A stretch of 64,000 bases of DNA from Camelus dromedarius (taxonomy: Eukaryota): NCBI RefSeq assembly GCF_036321535.1, contig NC_087441.1, forward strand, positions 33,418,001 to 33,482,000. Direction: 5' to 3'. Positions 24,690-39,414 of the stretch are shown here, piece by piece (within the stretch, counting starts at the first letter, position 1; the number at the start of each line of letters is the position of its first letter). The position numbers were made by a program, and so were the translations under genes. The notes under the pieces are model-generated. The model made no database searches, was not told where the DNA came from, and worked only from the letters and a program-made list of their open reading frames with translations.

Positions 24690-25030
24690 ACCGCCCCCTC
24701 TAGTCTCCTTGTCTGAACGTCATCACACTTTGGTGTGTTTCCTTGTGTGAACTGTGTGCTGGACTGTAAGCATCAGGAAGGCACACAGTGTCTGCTGCAT
24801 CCCTAGTGACTAACACACAGGCTGCTCAACAAATACGTGTTGGAAGACTCTATCTCGAGTCTCACAGTGAAATGATGTGGGACATAGACCTGGCACCGGG
24901 AGACTTAAGTTCTGCTCCCAGCACTGCCTCCAAATGATTGACTTGGAGCAAGTCAATTTCAGTGTTCCTTTCCTCAGCTGTAGAATTAGAAGATTAAAGC
25001 AGGTAATTGCTAATATTGTTCATCGCTCTG
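24690..25030 (+). mobile_element. L2 3' end followed by a MIR
   Basis: ggactgtaagcatcaggaaggca...ctcaacaaatacgtgttgga (L2 tail), then cttggagcaagtcaatttcagtgttcctttcctcagctgtagaa (MIR). Confidence 0.6.
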
Positions 25031-26904
25031 CGATCTGCACAATTCCGTATTTGTGGGATTGGTTTACATACCGATAATAGCAGTCAAATATTTAGAATGA
25101 ACAAATCTGCAAAGGCATAATGAATGGAAAAAATTAGTGTAAAGGAGTTGTTTCCCCTCTGGCTGTTACTACTATTATGCAGTGGCTTCCCTAAGCAAGT
25201 TTCCAGGGAGCTGAACTGCTGAATAGAGTATTGGAACCTGCGACATGAGACCTGACAATTCCCAAATGGAAAACAGAGTGATGAAAAAGGTGGGACCTGG
25301 GAGAGGAGAATAGGATTGACAGGTTTGGAGCCAACAGCAATACTGTTGCCCCCCATTCAATTTCCTGCCGAGACGAAGGTGTATGGATGAGTGACTATGT
25401 GCGTCATTTTGCCTCTCTGCTCTTGGGAATTCCTTTAACATCAGCTTCATTAGTTACAAAGGCAGCAATCCATATCCAATTTTCTTTTCGTGTCAGGGTT
25501 GTTCATGTATAAACTAGCCTCCTTTGTTGGAAACCTTTGCAATTAATCCCATAAACAAACAGACAAAAAATGCAAATCTTGCACTGCCCTAGCCAACCCC
25601 ACTGACTCTGAGGCCGGACCACCATCTATTATACACAAAAATGAATTGAAATTTCCACTTTGGGTCTAACCTAATTTTCCAGCGATAATAGGATTCCCAG
25701 AAGCACTCGTCGCCTCTTGATAGTAACATCCTCATTTCCTTTCCTGGTAAATGTTTTAAATAAGATTTTAGCACCAAAGGAAATTAACCTTTAAATTAAT
25801 TGTAATTATAAAATGCCATCACTGATTTTTGTCTTCAGCCTAATTACTTTCTATTATTTAAACAAACCTTACCTCCTGTGAGCTTTAAGTTTGTTTCTCC
25901 TTCCCTCCCTGCCACAATGCCAGCCCATCCTCACGGAGGCCTCCCTGATGCTCTGCGACTGGAACGGCCTCATTTAAATGTCACACAGGATTGAGGGCTC
26001 GCCCTACGCTGCCTATTTACAAGGCATTCTTTCGGCGCTCTGTGTTAGGCTGCTCCGCTCAGATGTTTTCGTTCCACCTACCTGGTGGCCATCCTTAGAG
26101 ATGCAGTGATTTGCAGTCCTCCTGCTGTTAAGGAGATAACTAAGCCTGGCCTTCTGTTTCTATTAGATGCCATTTCCACCACGACAGCACAACTGGTTGT
26201 AATGAAGTTGGCAATGGCCAGCGTCATTTATCAAAAGACTAAGTTTGAATATACAGTCCTCTGTCTCAGCACGGCTCAGCTGTGGAGGGCGTTTCGAGTT
26301 GTTTCCTGTGCCGGCTCTTTGTCTTGTTCTCATTTGTTCTTTCAAGGTAGGACTAAGGGATCCCAGCAGCTTGACTTTGTGAGCATGCACATAGGCACTA
26401 AAGGCATCCGACTTTTTCTGCAACTTAGCTGCTTTCCATTATCGACAGGGGCCCAGGGAGAGATGGTGAGGAAACGCGTGCAGGACACCCAATGCCAGTG
26501 GACTAGGTGCTTCAGAACTGGAGGAAGCAGAATAATCAAAATGGAAGAGGTTTCTTTGAATCATTTCTGTAAATGTCACCACTTCTCCCTTTCACGTGAT
26601 CCGGCTTTCTTTTCCACTGAGGCTGATTAAAACAACTTGGATATTATTCATCTACTGGATCATTTCAGTCTTCTGCATAACACACCCTCTTCACGACACC
26701 CCAGTTAAAGGTCTTCCTTTGCTAGTCTTAGTACTGTTACTTCAACATTGATTCTTCAGAAACAGGGTCCTGATTGTTTCAAATCAGCAAAGGATAGAGA
26801 ATGAATCAATTTCCTTCCCTGGTATTTTTAATTTTGGAACACTGGATTTATTTAAAGACAATCATTTATTTTTAAAGATGATAATCACGTATGCACATGA
26901 GTAG

Positions 26905-26906
<2 letters not shown>

Positions 26907-26945
<39 letters not shown>
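26907..26945. repeat. (GT)~19 microsatellite
   Basis: Direct reading. Confidence 0.97.
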
Positions 26946-26947
<2 letters not shown>

Positions 26948-29840
26948 TGAATGTATGTGATAAGCAGTAGAGTATAATGGACGAGACATAAAGAGAGAAG
27001 GGAGAAAATACGTTGTGATTGTTAAAGAAGCAGACTCAACTCAGACCTGAATGTCCAGTTTTAAAAATAAAGGGCATATGTTTTCTCTTTAGTGACCACA
27101 AGAGGGAGCAATTTAACAGGAGGCTGAAAAAGAGACCAGCACTAATTTTGGGAGACTTACTGTAAAAATTATATCTCACTGTTAGGAAATGCTACTGTCA
27201 CCAATAGAAACTCACACGTGACTGACAGGAGGCACACAAATAGGCAGGCATTGGTTTCAGGGGTTGATCGTCTCTTCTGCCTTTTATTTCTACATATGAC
27301 AGCATATCTTGTTTTCTCCATTTGTTTAAAAAATGACAAAAGGTGCTTTAGTCTAATTGGTTATTCATTTACTTAGAATAAACTGGGGTCTAAGAAAATG
27401 TCACATTTCCTTAGCAGTTTCCATGTAGTCCAGGAAATGGCTGTGAAGAGCTGATTTGTTGATTCATTTACTTCCCAGATACTTACTGAGTCCTACTCCA
27501 GGCTGGGGATGCTAAATGCTGAGGATACAGCAATGGTCATGACCGGTGTGGTCCCCAATGGCATCCCCTGACACTCTGCTCTCCTGAGGGAGTCACTATG
27601 TGCTGTGTTATGTTAGAAGTTCACCGGTAAGCTCAGTGACCTTGGGCAAGTCATCAAATCTCTATGAATCTTTAAAATTCAACTGTTGAAATAGAGTGGT
27701 AGGCAGTAGTCTTCCATCCTTTCTCAACTCTGCAGTATTCTTAGTTCAAAAGAAATCTTAAGCAGAATCAAACGTTGTAAAATAAAATAAACACAGAGCT
27801 CCTGTGCTTCTGGGGTCTGGGGCAGGAGCAAGGGGACACCTTCTATGTTGGTCCCACCATGATGCTGCAGAGCATTAGCTAGAGATGAGCAGCATCTGAA
27901 GTCTGGGGCTCCAGACTCTAATAATACGTGATTCTGTCCAGAGATGGAGAATAAGAAATGGCAAATTTTGGTTTTGTGGGAGGCAGGCAGATATGGACAC
28001 AATCATTTCAGTCAGTCACCTTCAGAAAAAAGCAAATGTTATATAAAGAAAACAATAATATACTGTTCTTTCATTTGCTTGAGGAGGAGACTTGAAAACT
28101 GACATAGACACATCATTCTCATAACTCTGCTTGTCAACCTCGCGCTTAAGAACTTGGCACCTTTTCTGAACTGCTAATTGCCCGCCCCTTAGGTTATGTT
28201 TGAAGAGTGATTTATAAATAACAAGAAAGCAAGCTCAGGTCACCGAAAAGAATGTTTAGTATGGCTCTAACAACCAGATAGAAAAAAGAGAGAGAAAGAA
28301 AGCAAGCAAACTAGGGAGGAAGGACAGAAGGAAGTGGGGAAGGAAGGAAGACCAGGAGACATATACCCAAATGTTAACTGAGAACCAGAATTCAAAATTG
28401 TGAAATCATTCTATTTTTCTTTTCTGTTTGTTTATCTGTATTTTCTACACATTCTGCAGTAAACTTACATTCCTTTATAAATAGAAAGAACCAAATACTT
28501 TTTAATGGCTGAGTACTCCTCCTTGCCCACCTCCACCCTTCCCCATAGGTGGGAGAGAGTGGCCATGTGCTCAAAGAATTGCATCCAAACTCAATGATCC
28601 TGTTAAACTGGAAAAATGATCAAAACATACAGAATGGAGTTCAATACACAGAAGTGTGGGCCAGCAGGCTTTAGAAGAAAAATCAAACAAAAATAACAGA
28701 AAATTATTAGCCTCAGAGAAGTGAATAATTTCCTCCAGTTTGCTTTTCAAATGAAAGGTTCTGTAAATTGATTACGACTTTTATCCCAAGGCCAGTTTAT
28801 TTTGGAGAATTCAGGACATGATTTTATGCATTCGCACTTGGTTGGTGGGTTCATGCATGTGTGCATCTACAAGTTTAAACATCTAGAATTAATTTTTCAA
28901 TATTTTCTTCCAAAATAAGTCCCCTTAAGATATTTTTTAAATGGCATTCTGCATATTTTCCTGGGATATTTGAATATTTAATAACATTTGCAAACACATT
29001 GGATCTGTTTTAGAAAAGACAGTGACTGCTTAGAAAAATGGATCCATTTTCTCAAGGACTGATGTTTAGTTTTAGTTTAACTGCTAAGGCAAAGGTTTAT
29101 AAGAAAACATAGTAAAAATTGAGACATCATATGATGGCTTTTGTTCCTATGATGGATTAGCCATATTTTCCACAGCTGCACATCTTCCTTTTAATTGTCA
29201 CATGTAACAGCACTAATGAAGCAGAAGGATAGGTTCTTAGTTCTATCTCTGTAAGCGGAGGTTGGATTCTGGTGCAGAATTGCTGAGGATTAAGGGAGAA
29301 GAGAGCTACACACCAGATGATAAATCCTGGAACATTTGATTTCCTTCACAGAATATCGTCCGAAAGAGCAAGCAGAGGGGAACAGAGAAGACTGGAGGGC
29401 ATAAGGAGAACTCAGCGTGGCTGGCGACAGATGATACAGGGGAGAGCCCGACCACAGAGACAGCTCCGCCAGGCGTGCCCGCTCTCCTGGAGGAAGCCTT
29501 TTCCCCTAAGACATATCGCTGCCTTTTCATGCACAAATACAGAAAAGTATGTTGTGAGGGTTGCCCCACTCAAATAAAGTTCAAGTATCAAGGCACACCC
29601 TCTGGAGCAGGTCCCAGCTGTTTTTCTGGTGAGGAGCCTCTCATCTGAAGGCAGATCACCCCAGCCCACAACAGGAGATGCTGACCAGAACGCCTGCATC
29701 TTGGCAGGGAGCCTGGATCCGGGAGGTGGGTCTTATTACAGATTGGAGCTTCTTACCCCCAGGCGTTTGATGGGCCAGTGAGCTGAAGCTAGTCCCACTC
29801 TGTTCCCCTTAGGTATTTTCAAATAGCCAGGAGCCCCATG

Positions 29841-29842
<2 letters not shown>

Positions 29843-29880
<38 letters not shown>
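29843..29880. repeat. (GT)19 microsatellite
   Basis: Direct reading. Confidence 0.97.
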
Positions 29881-29881
<1 letters not shown>

Positions 29882-29894
29882 TACAGATATGGGA

Positions 29895-30270
29895 TGTTAT
29901 GGACTGAATTGTGTCCCCTTCCAAATTTATGTCTTCAAGACCCAACTCCTCATGTGATTGTATTTGGAGATGGGGCCTTTAAAGATGGAATTAAGGTTAA
30001 AGAGGACATAAAAGTGGGACCCTAATTCAGTAGGACTGATGTCCTTAGAAGAAGAGGAAGAGGCCCAAGGGCACTCACAGACAGAGAAAAAAGGGCAAAG
30101 TGAGAACTCAGCCTTCTACAAGCCAGAGAGAGAGGTTTCAGAAGAAGCCAAACCTGCCGACACCTTGATCTTGGACTTCCAGCCCCCAGAGCTGTGAGAA
30201 GATACACATGTATGGTGTAAGCTACCCACTCTATGACATGCTGTCATTGCAGCCCTAGGCGACCGATACA
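29895..30270 (+). mobile_element. MaLR solo LTR (MLT1A/B-like)
   Basis: TGTTATGGACTGAATTGTGTCCCC...caccttgatcttggacttccagcccccagagctgtgaga...gataCA; 5-bp TSD tggga/aggga. Confidence 0.9.
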
Positions 30271-31065
30271 AGGGAGCAGGAGGGCCCACATCTTCCTGGT
30301 TGAGATCTCTGGTCGAAGGGTGGATGTCACCCCCCGGGAGGCACAGCAGAGGGCAGTGGTGCCCTGTGACTGTGCACAGCCGGCCTCTGGTCAGCCTGGG
30401 GCTCCGGCTTAGTTAAAGGAAGGGTCAGAACCGTAAACTCCAAGGTCCAGGCTTTTCATTGGGAAAATAACAACTTTGCTTTGAAGTGTCTGTATAAATA
30501 TCAATCAAACTGGCCTCTAGAAAAGTAAATGAGATACTATTTAAAAGGAGAAATCAGGGGAAGAAATCAGGCATTTGATGTGCCTGACGTCTAACTCCCT
30601 CTAGTTCAATGCTGATTTATGGTTATTTTGTGGAGTCTAAGTTTGAGAGTTCGCTCATGGAGCCTGGACCCTCGCCTTAGCTGTCAGGAGGCTTGAGCCC
30701 CTAAGGCTTTCTGGCCACACTTGCCAGCGAGCCTGAGATAATGCAGCTGAGCACAGAGCTGGTCTGTTTCCTACTGACGTCAAGGATACTTCAGTCTTCC
30801 AAGAGCCACGATTAGGACCTTATCTCCACAGACCATTCTCAGCACAGTTATGGAACCCAAACTATCCGCTGTTCCTCGCGAGGCTCTTAGGAATGGAAAC
30901 TTAACTAATATGGCGAGTGGGGAGCTGGTCCCTCCTCCTGCACTGCACCCTCATTAGGATGCTTCACTGCAAATCCGTAGCAGATAAGGATAGTCCCACA
31001 GAGGCTCCTTTCCCTGTTTGTATATTCATTAAACTTTTCTCATATTTCAGGGTTTCCTTTCTGAG

Positions 31066-31071
<6 letters not shown>

Positions 31072-31096
<25 letters not shown>
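31072..31096. repeat. (TG)~12 microsatellite
   Basis: Direct reading. Confidence 0.95.
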
Positions 31097-31097
<1 letters not shown>

Positions 31098-31869
31098 TTA
31101 CTTTCATCAAACCAGAACACCTTTAAAGGATCAAAATAATTTTCTTTATAATTACCAAATATTAGATAGAAATTGCAACCTTTTTTTACTCTTGAGCGTT
31201 GGAAGTCATATGTTCCACAAGGTCTGGAGGTGAACATACAGGCAAGTGATTAAAATAATGATAAAAAAGGGTAAATGTGAATCTAAAACATTTCACTGAA
31301 CAAATATTCATAAATGTCTGTGTGTGACCACACACAGTGACCACAAGTAAACGAACCTAACTGGACAGAACCAGCCCAAACGAGCATCTCCTCCGGGCTA
31401 TGTAGTAGTCTACTTGACTCATAAGAAAAATAAGAAAGTAGCTCATACCTCACCCACTAAGCAAAATGACAAGAATTAGAAAAATTATCTGTGAAACGTC
31501 TGCTTGTATTTTATATTAATAAAGGCAGATAAGGGGTTGTGGTCAAAATACATATAAAGACATAAGCATTATTTTTTCGAGTTTTTTGGAACATAGTTTA
31601 TAAGATGCTTGAAAGGTAAACCTGATCTTCAAAAAGCTATTTGTGAGTTCATATTCCCTTGGACTTACATGGCTTTGACCAACATTTGACCTAGGGCAGA
31701 ATTTCCTAAAATGAGTTCCCTGGAAGTCTAATTCTCTGGAATACTCAGATTTCTTATGAAAAAAGGTTTGATGTTCAAATGTTTGTGATATTAAGCATAC
31801 TTTTAATTTCTGTAAAATGCCTTAACAGCTACAAAATGACCACTGGCTGCTCCCAAGTGAACCCTGGCT

Positions 31870-32191
31870 CACTGAAAAGCCCCAAACCTTATTCTCTGAC
31901 AGTCACAGTGAAAAAGAATTTCATGGGGACCGCTTTCAAATTTAGCCAATCCTAAACGCGCCAGCCTGCCTCGCCTGTTCCTGTCCCTGGGAACCACAGT
32001 AAAAGTACTTGCCCAGAGTTCTGCTCTCTCTCTCTGCCTCGTGACCCACCTGGTGCTTCCCTTGAGTGGCCCGGTGTGGCACGCTGTGTTCTCCCCAGGG
32101 AACCGTGAGTATAGTAAAACCCTTTCTGGTTTCTCTCTTCCATCTGCTTCTGGCCTCACTATCTCTCACCCAATGTAATATGGTTAAAACA
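31870..32191 (+). mobile_element. ERV1-type solo LTR remnant (MER34/MER39-like)
   Basis: CCAAT, agtaaaa signal, ctgcctcgtgacccacctggtgcttccc and terminus tggttaaaaCA. The 5' boundary is uncertain. Confidence 0.6.
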
Positions 32192-32659
32192 AAGTGTAGA
32201 TTAGGACAAATTGGACATACTTCTTTATTGAAATACTCTCAGAAATGTTAATATGTAAACGTGCATTCTAAATGTTCAGTGTCAAACTTACTTGGCTTTG
32301 GAATTTTTTTTTTTTTTTTTTTTTTGAGCAGTATATTTTACAGACTAGCATTTCTGGGATCCCCTTAGGGAGGCACTAGTCTGGAGAGATACCGATTATC
32401 TGTCTAGGCAACTTGACGTGTCAGTATTTTCTGATGATAAAAATGCAGACATCATTGTGAAATAAAATCAAACATTATAGTTTAGGGAAAGCTCAACTCC
32501 CACATGAAATTTAACCTATAGACTCATCAAGGACCTGGCACAATGACGCTGAATGGTAATATCTGAGTAAACTCACATAGTTTGTGGAGTCCATACATTT
32601 TAAAATTCATGTATCTTTTATGCTTCCTAATCTTTGAATAAAACTTTTGGGGATAGGAC

Positions 32660-33575
32660 AGGTGGCTACTTAGTGTCTTCTCATGCATCTTCATTAAACA
32701 CCTCAAACTCAGTCTCCCCAAGCTGAACCAGCTGTTGCATCTCCATTCTACTTTCCCCAAGTGACATTTCCATCTGCCCATTCACTCATATCAGAAACCC
32801 AGAAATCCATCCATCCCTTCCTTGTCCTTTACAGAGTACCCACCCATGGCCCATTAGCCACTACTGTTTTTACGTTTAATAACGCATCTATCCTCTCCAT
32901 CTCCAGCACTGGTCCTAGTCCAGACCCTCATCCTCTCATAGCACAGTCCTCCTCATGGTGTCCCGATCGCTCTCCCTTTCCCTAATCTTGCCCCTCCCAT
33001 CCAAATCTGTCCTTCGTACTGATACCATTGTGTTTTTTTCTAAAGTGCATTTCTGATTATGTTATTCTCTTTCTGTTAACTACCTGCCAATTGATTTGCC
33101 GTCATGCTCTACAAAATAACCTCCAAACTCTTTACTCTGTCGTAATCTTTTTTCTATGATCTCATCTGTGCTTGCTTGCAGTCTTCTCTGGGCACAAACC
33201 TCTAGCACAGAGAATAATTCAGTCACATTAACCTGACTGCCCAGCCCCCAACACGGCAAGCTGTGATACGTCGTGGCGTTTGTTACCTCTGGCCTGGGAT
33301 TCCCTTGCTCGCACATCAGCTATCCAACAAATACCTCCTCATCTTTCAAGACCAAGCTCAAGAGCCTCTTTGTCAACGAAACCTGTCCTGATTCCTTTCT
33401 TACCCCCAACATTATACATTCTACAGGGTTTTATTATACTTCTTTGTTCACATTTTCCCCTACAAAATGGTTAATTCCTAGAGGTAAGACTGCATATTAC
33501 TCATCTTCAAATATCCAGAGTCTGACATGGCACCTGATACACTGAGGAGTGTTTACAAATGCTTATTTGTAAAGG
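32660..33575 (+). mobile_element. LINE-2 3' portion
   Basis: cacctcaaactcag, cagaaacccagaaatc, tcatctttcaagaccaagctcaag and 3' tail gtgtttacaaatgcttatttg. Confidence 0.8.
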
Positions 33576-34438
33576 ACTATCATTTCCTTTTGCACACAAC
33601 ATAATACAAATTATACACTATATGTTCCTGACTTTACACCACGTGTGAGGATGGCTGAGAGGCTGCTTCCTCTAAACGAATCACAGGGTACTGCCTCCTC
33701 CTTTCCAGTATGACTGGAAAGTAAAGAAGAAACACATATTTCTCTTTGGATATTTTCCTCAAATCATCCTATAACAGAGCAGTGGATTCTCATCTTTCCC
33801 TCACTGTCTCAAAATCCCAATCATTATGAATATTTTTGGCAACCAAGAAAAATGATCTCCGACCCTGACTTTTCCTCAGAGGAAATACAGCTGCATGGGC
33901 AAGTTCCCAGAGAGCACAGAAGTACTGTTGCCTGACCTCCTGTTTCAGATCCTTAGGGGGCAAGGAAAGAGTGAAACCTCCTACCTGCCATTTTTTAAGA
34001 AGAGCAGAGGACAAGGGACTCACCCAGAGGCTTGTGGGAGGGCACTGCTGTCTAAACTCTGGATCAAGCAACGGCACTGACTGCCGAGAATCTGACATAA
34101 AGGTCCAGCCATTTGTATCAAATTGTAAGAACAAAAAGGAAATATGAACATTTGGTTTTATGAAGACTAATTTCTTGAATTAATCTGAAGTCGGTTCTTG
34201 TGAGAGTTTTAGGAACTATCGTGAATTGTCAATTGTTGGGATTTGTAGTCCTGGGTGAGACTGATTCGTGACCTATATGCTGGATACTTTTATGAAAAAC
34301 ACTTTAGCCTGGTGAGCACAAAGGGCTTAGTCCCTGTTCTAATGATGTGTTAGGGGATGTGGTCTGAGAGGTAGCAAGGCTAGGTAGGAGGCAGTAAAGA
34401 AGATGCTCTGAACTTGAAAGAAACAGAATAGAGCTTTA

Positions 34439-34528
<90 letters not shown>

Positions 34529-37110
34529 TTAGACACGAGGCAAAGGCAACACGACTGGAACTCACTGGGGAGTGACTTTTTGAAGGCGGGCAGTCTGTGA
34601 CTAGATTCAGTGTTCCAAAATGGTTCATCAGGCTGGATCTGGACTCCAGTGTGGATTCTTGATTCATGTAATGTCTACCTGCCTTACACATGAATACAGT
34701 GCTCTGTTTTCCTCCGCTCTGCTTTTATGTGTAAGATTTGTTAATTGCCAGGCAATCTATAACGAATTATTTTAGGTCTTGAGAAAAGAAAAGAAATACG
34801 GCCATTCATTAATGGATTAACATTTCTATTTGTGCCAATCAACTTCTAATTCTCTTTTCATTATCCCAGAACCTAAGATTCAAAAATTGGACTCCTGCTG
34901 ACTACCAGAAAGAAATGGTTTGAGAGAAAAATATTAAGAGGATTCCATGGAATGTTGCATGAACACTTTGGAAGTAAGGGAAACTCTTATTTAGACCAGT
35001 AACAAGAAGCGGGACATGCCAAGTATGATTAAGATGACATGACATGTTACAGAGGAGCAACGGGCCAGGCACCTTCCCGGGTGAGGAGCCTCACAGTGCA
35101 CGGGACTGGGACTGCACACATCACATCGTCTCTCTGAAACATGCAACAGGGAGGTCCCTGTGCTCAGGGAAGCCTTTGCTCACTGAAATCAGGACCTGGG
35201 AAGGAGCACGCAAAGCCCTTTGACATCTACCCCTCAGATGGTGTGGTTTTGTATCCCTCATGTACTGTAATTACTTAGTCATATTAATGAGCACTGGTGG
35301 AGGGAGCAAACTAATATAATTTCCTGATATGTAGAAAACATTTTTTCCCCAGAATAATCTAGTTTGGGGGAATCCTTCAAGGTATGTCCTCACGACAGTG
35401 ATGAAAATTATTCACGATGATATTTCAGACAGGCATTGATCTAAGTATTAACCCTTCATGATAATATTTGGCAGTGAGGAAGAGAATCTTAGGAAAAAGG
35501 CTACAATTTTCAACCAGGAAGCTAAGGCACAGGGCAAAAAAATTGCTGTTGTGATAAGCCTAAGAATTGTTTTCCATGAGCTGACAGAGAGCAGTCTTTC
35601 TGGAAGATGTGAATGGGACATTTTAAGTCAGAGCATAAACTGATAGGTCTTTAATCAGCAGAACTCTTTGGCGACAAAGAGAGGTCCAGGGAAAAGGAAC
35701 TTTAGAAAGTCTCTGATTTGGGTTTGAGAAAGAAGCATGCTCTGGCAGGCGCTAGCTCTCTGCCAAAGAGAACTGGCACGTGGCAAAACCGTGGTTTTCC
35801 TGGCACAGAAGCAGTGACCCTGCTTGAGAGAGAAATGGATGAGGAAGAAGACCTGTGCAACCTTTCTTCATGGGCTTTTGTTTTCAGATTCCGGATGAGA
35901 GAGACTGGGGACCCCCTCCCTCCCATCCGCCAAGTGTAGTATCTGAACCATTACACAAATAATAGACAGATAGAGTACGTACTATTGATGCTACAATAGC
36001 CCTTAGGTTTTTAAAAAAATATATTAGAAAAGTCATCAAGTGAGCATTTTTCTCTTAGAATTATATGTTGTATTGGCAATAAAATTGTGATAATAAAAAC
36101 TATTTTCTTATATAATAGAATCTCCAGGGTCACTATTTTTATGGGACGTGTTTTTACAGTACAGGGTACTATGTGTATGTCTCCTATGTGGCTCTAGCAA
36201 AGGTTTTGATTTGACCAAAAAAATCATACCGTGATTTGGGCATTTTCATGGGTAATGGAAAAATAGATGATGTTAACACTTTTTAATCCTTTATCTACCA
36301 GGGCCCATGAAAATGCTCTAATCACCTAGTGACCCCGGTCCCGTGGGTACTCTGCTGTGGGTACTGGATCTGACTGGCTAGGTAAAGAGGCTATGGGTTT
36401 GATTAAATCCCCTGGGTTCTGCATTTATCTCTTCCTCCACATGAAGTCCTTACCACTGTGGTTAAGTGCCATCGATTTATCCGTAATCTCTTCTTTTCAG
36501 TTTAAAATACTTACTCCTTGAATTATCTACAAAGCAACTTTTCTCCTAATCACAAACTTTCCTTTTGATTTTCACTCATCACTTAACTACTTTGAAATGA
36601 AAATCTAGGTAAATAACAAATTTACCTAGGTTGATAAATTCTGAGATTCAGGTCCAATGGGTTTAAACTTCTCATTAAAGTGTCACTAGAATCTACATTA
36701 TTAACTGCACTCCTCTCCCAGAATGCAGCCAAGGTACTGTATTCTGCTTACCAGTGATCTTTTAATTGTATTCGGTGGCATTCTCTAACTATCAGGGGAG
36801 CTGCTTTGATATAAAAGTAAATCCTGCTGCATTTCATTACAAAAGCTTGCTGATTAAGAGAACTTCAGCTTTTAAATTGTTCACCTCTAAAAACAAATGG
36901 AAATTGGTTTCCCCCCAATTAATCAAGATTCATAAACCCCTGTTATGTTTCAATTTTCCTACAACAAGTAAATTTCTAATTTAATTTTTTATTCCCTTAC
37001 AGCAATTTATAAATTTACCTACGGAAAAGTGGTTTCAAATATAGCTCTGAATACTTTCTATGATGTGCAACTCTGCTAACTGCTACCCAGGCTACAAAGA
37101 TGAATCAACC

Positions 37111-37305
37111 CAGGGTTTCTCAACCTCTGCACCACTGACATTTTGGGGTTGAGTAATTTTTTGTGGGCTCTGTGGTGCATTATAGCATATTTAACTACCA
37201 ACATCCTACAATTAAGAAAATTGGTAACTGAGATAATCCAAAAATGTCTCCAGACATTGCCATACATCCCTTAAAAGGCAAAATTGCCCCCCCTTAGAGC
37301 CATTG
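37111..37305 (-). mobile_element. MER20-like hAT-Charlie MITE
   Basis: cagggtttctcaacctc...aaaaatgtctccagacattgcca...ggcaaaattgcccc...gagccattg. Confidence 0.85.
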
Positions 37306-38387
37306 TTTTAGATACAGTCTAAAGGATTTTGCAGTCCTGTAACAGGGATACACATATAATTGTAATTCAAAGTAGATTAAGATAAGTGTCAGGAGGAAGG
37401 AAGGAAATTGATTGTCTCCTGACTGACCAACAGTAAACTGGGTTCTTTCTTGGTTAGCTCATTAATCCTAACAACCACCTTTGGAAGAACATTGTAGGTG
37501 TTTTTGCAAAGGAGAGGTAAAATGCGACTTGTTTTTCCTGAGGGACTTCATCAAGCAGGCAAATTATAGGTTGTGTTCAAGGAAGAGTCAGTAGTTCCAT
37601 CTGATGAGTTTGTGGACTTCATATTAGAGCACTGGAAATAAAAGCTGGGAAGGCAGATTAGAGCCAGAATCAGAGGGCTTTCAGTGTGTATCAAATTGAA
37701 ATTCTAACTATGTCATTTCTACACAATACACTTAAGGAGCATCCCATCTTCTACTGAAAAAGTGTCAATTTTTTTATAAAATACCATCTCTTCCTAATGT
37801 GATACATAGCTCCCTTTCTAGCCTCATTTCCCACCACTCCTAGTCTCAGAATTGATGCCAATATTATTAAGAGGTTAGTAGTTGGCTGACATATATCAGG
37901 TGGTTGCCCTCTGTTCTTTCACTCATTAATAGTCCTGCCAACAAAACATGCAAATGCCCTACATCTCCTCCCTTCCTTCTCCACTCAGCCTTGCACCTTG
38001 GGATAATTCGAACTCATCCTTTGAGACTGGATTAAAGTGTTGCCTTTCCAAAGAACTGGTAATCCATTCCCAGGGTAGGTGGTAGGGTGGCATTGTGGAG
38101 ATAGACATGGAGAGATGGGGATGGGGGACTTTGAGAGGGAATAACAAGGGGAAAGGTGAGATTATCTTCCAAGCAGAGCTCAGGCAACCTCTGCCAAGAT
38201 GTGGATTATGTTCAGGGAGGAACAAATGGCCCCAGTTCAGAGCGTTTGGGCAACGTTAAGGGGAGTAATGGTACCCAAAGCAGGAAAAAGTGACCCACGT
38301 TGTCATGAGGAATACCTACAAATAAGTGGAATTAAAAAAATATTTTATTTTGTTCCTTATTTAAGGATTGAAAAGATACATACACCC

Positions 38388-38516
38388 NNNNNNNNNNNNN
38401 NNNNNNNNNNNNNNNNNNNNNNNNNNNNNNNNNNNNNNNNNNNNNNNNNNNNNNNNNNNNNNNNNNNNNNNNNNNNNNNNNNNNNNNNNNNNNNNNNNNN
38501 NNNNNNNNNNNNNNNN
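38388..38516. other. Assembly gap (129 N) at the 5' side of a young L1
   Basis: Run of N. Confidence 0.99.
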
Positions 38517-38972
38517 ATAAAATATTGCCATTTACAGCAACATAGATGTTCCTGGAGAATGTCATTCTAAGTGAAGTAAGTCAGAAAGAGAAAGAAAAAT
38601 ACCATATGATATGACTCATACATGGAATCTAAAGAAAAAAAAAAAAGAAAAAACAAGACACTAATGAACTTATCTACAAAGCAGAAACAGACTCACAGAC
38701 ATAGTAAACAAACTTATGGTTACTGGGTGTGGGGAAGGAGATGGGAAAGGATAAATTGGGAGTTCAAGATGTGCAAATACTAGCTACTATATATAAAATA
38801 GATAAAAAACAAATTTCTTCTGTATAGCACAGGGAACTATATTTAATACCTTGTAATAACTTAAAATAAAAAAGAATATGAAAAAATATATGTATGTATA
38901 TGTATGGCAAACATTATGCTGCTCACCAGAAACTGACATATTGTAACTGATTATACTTCAATTAAAAAAAAA
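38517..38972 (+). mobile_element. Young camelid/artiodactyl L1 3' end; 5' part hidden in the N gap
   Basis: aaaatattgccatttacagcaaca...gtatagcacagggaactatatt...ttatacttcaattaaaaaaaaa. Confidence 0.9.
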
Positions 38973-39414
38973 TGGCTAGAGTAATAACAAAAGATACCAG
39001 TGGAATTACACGGGCAAACATACAATTATCCACTTGTAAAAATCCAGAATATTCCAGTTATTTTAGTCTTTGGCATTTAAAGCAGAGCTAAGCCTACATG
39101 TTTTTATTTTTATTCATCTTTTCACCTTGATACATCTAATTTGATTTATTCACTTCTAATTCACCTGATAGGGAATTACATGTATCATCTTGATATCATT
39201 ACTGGCTGAAAGGAAATATTATTTTCTCTCTATGACTAAATCAGATTAAAATTCTTTTTTGTATCTACAAACCAAATTATGATTGTATGTCCCAGAAATT
39301 CACTTAGAAGCTAATAGATAAGAGGAAACTGAAGCCTTTTGGTAAGTATTTTAAAAAGATTCAATTGTGGTAATTGAAAATGTAACAACCTTAGTGCTTA
39401 ACATACTATCTTTT

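Noticed and set aside
26085-26630. 181-aa ORF
   Set aside because: Non-ATG start, no recognisable domain, antisense to NKAIN2, no supporting exon structure.
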